Notes under the pieces: generated by a model
What the model was told of the DNA's origin: nothing
Databases searched by the model: none
Seen by the model: only the letters and a program-made list of their open reading frames with translations
Shown: piece after piece, positions 26,028 through 32,000 of the stretch
How positions within the stretch are numbered: the first letter of the stretch is position 1
Layout of the letters: the number at the start of each line of letters is the position of its first letter
Program-made: the position numbers and the translations under genes
Source of the DNA: Pseudodesulfovibrio mercurii
GTDB lineage: Bacteria > Desulfobacterota > Desulfovibrionia > Desulfovibrionales > Desulfovibrionaceae
Assembly: GCF_000189295.2 (NCBI RefSeq)
Contig: NC_016803.1
Location: forward strand, 1,740,001 to 1,772,000
Reading direction: 5' to 3'
Length of the DNA stretch: 32,000 nt

Positions 26028-26636
26028 CGCAAACCGAGCCCGGATCAAAAGACAACGTCTTCTTTGCTCAAAACGACCACAACTCGTGCCCGTACCTCAG
26101 ATGCTTTTTGCCCTGCGCCATCTTTCGGTCCTCTCCAGATCCGCAAACCGGATCGCCCCGGAGACACGTCTTTTCCGGTGATGTCTCCGATTCCTTAAGT
26201 CAAAGGCGCCGGTGCGACCAGACTGAGGGGTTGGCCGAGTTGGCGGGCGGTTTCGAGAACGCCGAAAAGAAACAGGGACTGGAAGCGACGGGCGACATGG
26301 CCTTGCCGGACTCGCAGGACCTTCGGCGGGACTACCGGCTGGACCGTGCGGACTCGAAGCCGCACGACAAGAGGACCAAACCGACGGCCCGGCGGTTGCC
26401 GGACGGCTTCGGCAAGGCCCCGTGTTCCGCGACGAACGGGAACGCCGCAAGGAGGATGAAAAAGTCGCCTGACAGTTTTTCACCCATGCGGTTTACACAC
26501 GACGACAAGACGGCTTGCGGGCGGCTGCCTGCAACCCGTTGAAAACAAGAAGCAAGACCGGACAGTCACGGATAAGGAACGCGACCATGCCCAAGGCCCT
26601 CGACCTTCAGCGGGTCCAGGGCAGCGCCCTGCCCCC

Positions 26637-29600
26637 CTATCCGCTCTCCCCTCCCCTTGGCCGTCGGGCCTCGATGGTCTTGCCCGGCTTGAGTTCGAAG
26701 GGTTGGCCGAAGATTTCCACGGGCACGATCTTGTCGCCCTGGTGGAAGGCGGTCATGTTGACGCGGTCCTGTTCGACGACGAGGTCGAACCAGATGGACC
26801 GCCAGATGAAGGACAGACGCATTTCGCCCCAGTGTACGGGCGGGTCCGGGTCGATGCGCATGGGCGTGGCGGACAGGTTGAGCCCGGCGTAGTCCTGTTT
26901 GAGGACTTCGAGGGTCCCGGCCATGACGCCGGTGTGGATGCCTTCCACGGTGGTGCCGCCCTGGGTGTCGTAGATATCGGACTGCATGGCCTCCATGAAC
27001 CAGTCCCAGGAGACGTTGCTCGGGTAGATGTACCGGGCGATGACGGCGTGGACGACCTTGGACAGGGTGGAGCCGTGGCTGGTCCGCTTTTCGTAGAAGT
27101 CGTAGTTGTCCTTGAGCAGCTTGAGGGGGTCGGGCACGTCGTGGCCGAGCTTGCGCAGGATGCGGGCCACCTCGTCGGGTTCGAGGATGTACCAGGTCAT
27201 CAGGGTGTCGGCCTGCTTGGCGACCTTGTAGTTGTCGGGCGAGTCGCCTTCGGCCTTGAGGATGCGGTCCATGCGGTGGATGGAGTAGAAGCGCTGGCGG
27301 TAGGAATCCCAGTCCAGCTCGGGCAGGTCCATGTAGCCGTCGAACTGGCTGATGATGCCGTCCTCGGAGACGATGACGTTGAGCCTGGTGGTCATATCCC
27401 GCCACTTGGCGACCTCCTCGTCGGTCAGGCCGATGTGCGCGGTGATCTGCTTCTTCAGGCGGGGCGGCAGGGTTTCGAGCACGGACAGGGCCTTTTCCAG
27501 GAGCCAGACGACCATGATGTTGGTGTAGGCGTTGTCGCGCAGGCCGGACTCGTCGGAGCCGGGCAGTTTTTCGTGGAACTCGTCCGGGCCCATGACCCCG
27601 TCGATATGGTAGGCGCCGGAGGTTTCGTCGAGGGTGGCGATGTCGCCCCAGAAGCGGGCGATGTCGAGCATCAGCTCCGCGCCGTATTCGCGCAGGAAGG
27701 CCTGGTCGCCGGTCCAGGAGACGTAACGCCAGGCGTTGACGAACACGGCGATGGACACGTGCCGCTGGCGGCGGGACAGGTCCGGCCCCCAGGTCTTGGA
27801 CTCGGGATTGTAGTGGACTTCCTGGGTCTCCTCGCTGCCGTCGTCGGCGGTCTGCCAGGGGAACATGGCCCCCGTATAGTCGTTTTCGCGGGCGTATTCG
27901 CGGGCCGCGTCGAGGCGGTTGTAGCGGTACATGAGCAGGGCCTTCGAGATGTCCGGGAAGTTGGCGTCGAAGAAGGGCAGGATGTAGACCTCGTCCCAGA
28001 AGATGTGGCCCCGGTAGGCCTCGCCGGACAGGCCACGGGCGGGCATGCCCGCGTCGCGGCCCACGTTGTGCGGGCTGGCCGTGACCAGCAGGTGGTAGAC
28101 GTGGAGGCGCAGCACGCGCTGGACGAAGCGGTCGCCCTTGACCCGTATGTCCGCCTTTTGCCAGAGGTTTTTCCATGACTTGGCGTGGGGGCCGAAGACG
28201 CCCTTGAAGGTCTTCACGCCCTTGAGCCCATCCAGGCACAGGTCGCGCAGGTCGCCGGGTTCGCGATCCAGAGAGGTGCGCACGTGGACGAACTTTTCCA
28301 GGCCGTAGCAGTGGTTCTCCTTGACCTGGACGCAGATTTCCTCGGAGACCCTGGCCCGGTCCTGGACTACCTCCTTGCGCACCTCGATGGGCTTGCCGTC
28401 CTCGAGCAGGCGGGTCTTGGCGGCCATGACGATCTGGTAGCGCGAGTGGGAGGTCTCCACGTGCAGATAGATGCCGTCGCCCGCCTTGCCGCCGCCCACC
28501 CGGTTGAGGTGGCGGGTGTTCAGGCTGGCATAACGGGCCACGCCCTCGTTGCTGACGTTGCCGTCCAGCGAGGAACGGAAAGTCAGCTTGGCGGCGTAGT
28601 TAAGCGGGGTGAAGTCGAATTGCAGGGCGAGCAGGTGGGGGTCGGCCATGGAGGCCACGCGCCGGGAGGATATGCGGGTGATGCGGCCCACCTGATCGCG
28701 GACCACGAGGTGGCGTTCCATGACCGCCACGCGCATATTCAGGCGGTGGGAATAGCTGAGGATTTCCATGGACAGGGGCGAGACGAACTCGCCGTTGCCG
28801 ATCTTGAAGGCCACGGGCAGCCAGTTGGGGCAGTTGACCAGGTCGTTGTTCCAGATCTCGCGCCCCTCCACGTCGCTGGGGGTCTTGTTGAAGATGCCCG
28901 AGACGTAGGTGCCGGGGTAGAAGTAGTAGGAAGAGCACTCGCACTCGTAGGCCCCGCGCGAGCCTAGGTAGCCGTTGCCCACGCAGGTCAGGGTCTCGCG
29001 CAGCTTCTCGTCGCCCGGCTCGAAGCCGTGGTAGGTCAGGAACCATTCGTCCGTGGCCATGCCGGACTCGAACCACTCCATGAGGTCGTCCACGGTGATC
29101 TCGCCCAGGTCGGACACGACCATGTCGGCCCCGAACCGCTTCAGCATCTCGCCGCCGATGTTCCGGGCGATGCCGAGCGTCAGGCCGAAGTTGCCCGCGC
29201 ATCCGGCCTGGACGCCGGACAGGGAGTCCTCGACCACGGCGCACTCGCCGGGATGGAGGCCCATCCTTTCGGCGGCGGCCACGAAGATGTCGGGATCGGG
29301 CTTGCCCTTGAGGTCGAGTTCGGCCGAGACCACGCCGTCCACGTGGGCGTCGAACAGGGTGGTCAGCCCGGCCAGCTCCAGAACGAGCATGCCGTTGCGG
29401 CTGGAGGTGGCCAGGGCCACGAGCACGCCGTTGCGCTTGAGCTCCCTGACCAGGGCCACGGAGGAGTCGAAGACCTCGGGCCCCTGCTCCTTGAGGATTT
29501 CCTGGAAAAGCGCGTTCTTCTTGTTGCCGATGGCGCAGACCGTGTCGTAGCCCGGCGGGTCGTCCGGCTCGCCGGGGGCCAGCCGGATGTTGCGGGACTT

Positions 29601-29819
29601 GAGGAAGCTGAGCACGCCCTCGAAGCGCGGCTTGCCGTCCACGTAGTTCTGGTAGTCGCTCGTGCGGTCAAAGGGCTCGAACGGGGTGCCGGTCTCCTCG
29701 GCCTGGTGCTTGAGAAATTCGTTGAAGGAGGCCTCCCAGGCCTGGGCGTGCACCTTTGCCGTCCGGGTGATGACGCCGTCCAGGTCGAAGACCACGCCCT
29801 TGAGTGTGATTGCTGCCAC
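26637..29819 (-). CDS. Fusion protein: N-terminal beta-phosphoglucomutase-type HAD domain + GH65 disaccharide phosphorylase (kojibiose/trehalose/maltose phosphorylase family)
   Basis: GTG start at 29819 with an AAGGAG RBS 6 nt upstream. VVFDLDGVITRT (HAD motif I), GKPDPDIF, VEDSLSGVQAG. Then GH65-like GNGYLGSRG, HIFWDEVYILPFF and MFPWQTADDGSEETQ. 1060 aa. Confidence 0.9.
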   Translation of the reverse strand: MAAITLKGVVFDLDGVITRTAKVHAQAWEASFNEFLKHQAEETGTPFEPFDRTSDYQNYVDGKPRFEGVLSFLKSRNIRLAPGEPDDPPGYDTVCAIGNKKNALFQEILKEQGPEVFDSSVALVRELKRNGVLVALATSSRNGMLVLELAGLTTLFDAHVDGVVSAELDLKGKPDPDIFVAAAERMGLHPGECAVVEDSLSGVQAGCAGNFGLTLGIARNIGGEMLKRFGADMVVSDLGEITVDDLMEWFESGMATDEWFLTYHGFEPGDEKLRETLTCVGNGYLGSRGAYECECSSYYFYPGTYVSGIFNKTPSDVEGREIWNNDLVNCPNWLPVAFKIGNGEFVSPLSMEILSYSHRLNMRVAVMERHLVVRDQVGRITRISSRRVASMADPHLLALQFDFTPLNYAAKLTFRSSLDGNVSNEGVARYASLNTRHLNRVGGGKAGDGIYLHVETSHSRYQIVMAAKTRLLEDGKPIEVRKEVVQDRARVSEEICVQVKENHCYGLEKFVHVRTSLDREPGDLRDLCLDGLKGVKTFKGVFGPHAKSWKNLWQKADIRVKGDRFVQRVLRLHVYHLLVTASPHNVGRDAGMPARGLSGEAYRGHIFWDEVYILPFFDANFPDISKALLMYRYNRLDAAREYARENDYTGAMFPWQTADDGSEETQEVHYNPESKTWGPDLSRRQRHVSIAVFVNAWRYVSWTGDQAFLREYGAELMLDIARFWGDIATLDETSGAYHIDGVMGPDEFHEKLPGSDESGLRDNAYTNIMVVWLLEKALSVLETLPPRLKKQITAHIGLTDEEVAKWRDMTTRLNVIVSEDGIISQFDGYMDLPELDWDSYRQRFYSIHRMDRILKAEGDSPDNYKVAKQADTLMTWYILEPDEVARILRKLGHDVPDPLKLLKDNYDFYEKRTSHGSTLSKVVHAVIARYIYPSNVSWDWFMEAMQSDIYDTQGGTTVEGIHTGVMAGTLEVLKQDYAGLNLSATPMRIDPDPPVHWGEMRLSFIWRSIWFDLVVEQDRVNMTAFHQGDKIVPVEIFGQPFELKPGKTIEARRPRGGESG

Positions 29820-29858
29820 GGATCACTCCTTTGAATGGTTGATTCTCCGGTGTCCGGG

Positions 29859-31055
29859 TCACAGGGTACCCAGAATGGTCACGAGCATGTCCGGCTCGGG
29901 CACGATCAGCGCCGCGTCGGTCAGGCCGGTTACCCGTTCTTCCAACTCCTTGTTTTCGGTTACGAAAATTGTCTTGGTTCCGGGCGACAGCTCCAGGGCC
30001 ACCCGAAGCATGGGCACGTCCGAGCCGGTGTCGCCGCAGATCAGGTTGCGGCCGCCCGCCATGCCCAGGGAGAGCTCGTCGTTGAGGAACCGGACGCCGT
30101 CGCCCTTGTCGAAGTCCTTGAGCCCCTCGCCCGCGGTCTCCACGGTCAGGATGATCTCCACGTCCAGCCCGGTGTCCTCGATGCGGAAGTTCCGCCCCTG
30201 CGGGTCCAGCTCGGCCACCAGGGCCTCGAGGGTGGCCAGGAAGGCCCCGGACTCGGCCGCGTCGATGGACCCGCCGATGTCCTGGCGGGCCACGGTGGAC
30301 TGGCCGAACTTGAATTGCAGGCCCGAACCGATGAGGGTGAACTTCTCGTACTCGGGCCGCTTCGTCAGCAGGGTCAGCCGGGCGTTGAGGGCGTCCATGG
30401 CCGCCTGTTTGTCCGGGGTGATGGCCAGCCGCCGGACCCGGCCGTCGCGGTCCAGGCACTCGCGCCCCTTGGAGGCGGCGTAATGGAACGCGCCCTCCGG
30501 GTTGACCGAGATTTGGATCAACCCGTCCAGGGGGGCGGAGGTCAGAAGGACCGGGTTTGCCGCGTGGGCGCGGGCGAAGCGGGTCAGGAAGACCGCGTTG
30601 TACACGGACTGGACCGAGGTCAGGTAGCGGGCGCAGTAGTTGTTGACCGTGCCGTCACGGTCCGTGACCAGGCAGTCCAGCCGCGCCCCGCGCAGCAGTT
30701 CTCGTCCCCGGCCGACGAACTCGTCGAAGCCGGGATGGAAGTCGGCCAGCATGTCCAGGAAGGCGTCCTCACCCTCCTCCAGGTAGAAGAGGTCCTTGCG
30801 CGCCTCGTCGATCTCGTAGCCCATGTCCAGGCCGATGGTCCGGCCATGGTCCAGGGCGAGGCGCTTGCGGCCCTCCTCCTCGGGGATTTCCTCCAGGGAG
30901 GCCAGCAGGTTGGACAGCGCGGCCGGAATGTCCTCGTCCACGGGTCTGCCGTCGAGCAGCGCTGTCACGGCCCGCCGCCGGACAGCGGCGGAAGCGGCCA
31001 TGAGCGCGTAGAAATCCTTCAGTGTCTCGGGTGCGACGTGTTCGATTCCGGCCAT
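29859..31055 (-). CDS. HAD-IIB-type sugar-phosphate phosphatase-like protein (trehalose-phosphatase-like) with helical N-terminal domain
   Basis: Start MAGIEHVAPE (ATG at 31055, AAGGAGGG RBS). LVTDRDGTVNNY (DxDGT), DKGDGVRF, ICGDTGSDVPM. 398 aa. Confidence 0.7.
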   Translation of the reverse strand: MAGIEHVAPETLKDFYALMAASAAVRRRAVTALLDGRPVDEDIPAALSNLLASLEEIPEEEGRKRLALDHGRTIGLDMGYEIDEARKDLFYLEEGEDAFLDMLADFHPGFDEFVGRGRELLRGARLDCLVTDRDGTVNNYCARYLTSVQSVYNAVFLTRFARAHAANPVLLTSAPLDGLIQISVNPEGAFHYAASKGRECLDRDGRVRRLAITPDKQAAMDALNARLTLLTKRPEYEKFTLIGSGLQFKFGQSTVARQDIGGSIDAAESGAFLATLEALVAELDPQGRNFRIEDTGLDVEIILTVETAGEGLKDFDKGDGVRFLNDELSLGMAGGRNLICGDTGSDVPMLRVALELSPGTKTIFVTENKELEERVTGLTDAALIVPEPDMLVTILGTL

Positions 31056-31066
31056 CGGCCCTCCTT

Positions 31067-32000
31067 CTAGTATTCGAAACGCACGGTGTATTCGACCACC
31101 GTTCCCCCCTTGCCAGCGGAGGGCGCGACGCCCTTCAGGTCGAACTCGATGGTCCCCGCGTCCTCGGCCGTGTACGGCGTGTTCGCGTTGAGTATGGTCC
31201 ACTGGCCGGACAGGGATTCCAGGAGCTTGACGTCCCTGGGCTCGGACGAGCCGTTGCGCACGGTGATGCGCCAGCCGACCTCGGCGGCGTTCTTGCCGAT
31301 GCGCTTGAAGCTCGTCTGCGCGCGCTCCACGGTGACGTCGAAGGAGCGGCCGATGACCAGCCGGACCTCCCCGCCCTCGGCCACGTGGCCCAGACGGGCC
31401 TCGCCCGCCAGGAGCTTGGCCCCGTCCGACACGGGCATGAACACCCGGACCACGCCCGCGGGCATGGGCATGCCCAGGTTGTTTTCCCTGGTGTTGGTGA
31501 AGAGCAGGGCCGACTCCACGGACTGGTCGATCCTGCCGGTGCGCTGGTTGGGGCCGCTGTGGTAGCGGCTGGAGAGCTCGGTCTTCACCGGGACGTTCGC
31601 GACCGAGAACAGCCCCACCTGCTTGGAGCCCGAGGCCGGGATGGACACGTACCGGCCCGGATCATAGACGTGGTACTGGGAAAAGGATTCCTCGGCGGCG
31701 GGGGCCGGGGCGGCGTCCATGGACGCGGCCTCGGCCATCATGACGTTGCCGCGCGCGAGCATCTTGGGTGCGGCAGCCCGCTGCACGTCCCCGGCGACCA
31801 GACGCAGGTCCGCGCCGGTAAAGGCGTGGCCCGAATCGTTGGTCACCGTGGCCCAGGCGTCCAGGTCGCCGCTGCCGCCGGTCTGGTTCACGGTCAGGTT
31901 GTAGTCCGCGCGCCAGCCCAGGCCGTCCATGAGATAGCTCAGGGCCACGTTCTTGCGCCCGGCCGTCGCGCTGCGGGTGGTCAGGGTCAGGGTCGGCTCG
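31067..32000 (-). CDS. DUF4139-domain protein (MuiA-like), 5' end outside the window
   Basis: The frame stays open to the window edge (…EPTLTLTTRSATAGRKNVALSYLMDGLGWRADYNL…). The LSYLxxGLxWxADY pattern and the beta-rich C-terminus are typical of DUF4139. Stop at 31067-31069, 11 nt upstream of the next gene's start codon. Confidence 0.7.
   Translation of the reverse strand, partial: EPTLTLTTRSATAGRKNVALSYLMDGLGWRADYNLTVNQTGGSGDLDAWATVTNDSGHAFTGADLRLVAGDVQRAAAPKMLARGNVMMAEAASMDAAPAPAAEESFSQYHVYDPGRYVSIPASGSKQVGLFSVANVPVKTELSSRYHSGPNQRTGRIDQSVESALLFTNTRENNLGMPMPAGVVRVFMPVSDGAKLLAGEARLGHVAEGGEVRLVIGRSFDVTVERAQTSFKRIGKNAAEVGWRITVRNGSSEPRDVKLLESLSGQWTILNANTPYTAEDAGTIEFDLKGVAPSAGKGGTVVEYTVRFEY

Noticed and set aside
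26108-26542. 144-aa plus-strand ORF and 128-aa minus-strand ORF in the gap downstream of the GRE operon
   Set aside because: Biased composition (R/D/S/P), no RBS and no recognisable domain. The plus-strand ORF lies after a terminator with no promoter signal. The region is kept only as an unexplained finding.
26566-28239. 557-aa minus-strand ORF, and 491-aa plus-strand ORF 26703-28178, overlapping the GH65 region
   Set aside because: Alternate frame and antisense of the 1060-aa PGM::GH65 gene. Translations are extremely R/P/G/H-rich with no motifs.

Overview
High-GC (roughly 60-65% by eye) chromosomal window. Gene content and abundant sigma54 promoters suggest a Desulfovibrio-like deltaproteobacterium (inference). 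Nearly all long ORFs have long antisense or alternate-frame shadow ORFs, so I called genes from recognisable motifs, RBS placement and start-codon context.

Layout:
(1) 96-4484: periplasmic binding protein and ferredoxin-nitroreductase on the minus strand, then glnS and an autoregulated-looking TetR gene on the plus strand.
(2) 4848-5357: a repeat array (TGTCGCAT), a near-consensus sigma54 promoter, a small phage-186-CII-like HTH gene and a terminator.
(3) 5463-12081: a five-gene, translationally coupled signalling operon: hybrid histidine kinase, small alpha/beta hydrolase, rhodanese protein, NMT1-like binding protein, HAMP-PP2C phosphatase.
(4) 12286-15364: a second CII-like paralog, class II aldolase and ychF, the latter flanked by two copies of a palindromic REP-like repeat.
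(5) 15663-26027, the most interesting part: divergent TauE/DUF4125-like genes next to a sigma54-controlled locus. That locus encodes an APC permease, a DMT exporter, a PAS-sigma54 activator, an orphan glycyl radical enzyme (GRE) with a non-canonical Cys loop, its radical-SAM activase, and two tandem HesB-like small proteins.
(6) 26028-26636: about 600 bp with no convincing gene.
(7) 26637-32000, minus strand: beta-phosphoglucomutase::GH65 phosphorylase fusion, a trehalose-phosphatase-like HAD protein and a DUF4139 protein truncated by the window edge.

The first HesB-like gene is missing from the ORF track because it carries an in-frame TGA. That TGA aligns to Cys in the neighbouring paralog and is followed by a SECIS-like hairpin, so it is a likely selenoprotein. 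No tRNA, rRNA, CRISPR array, transposase or integrase was recognised.
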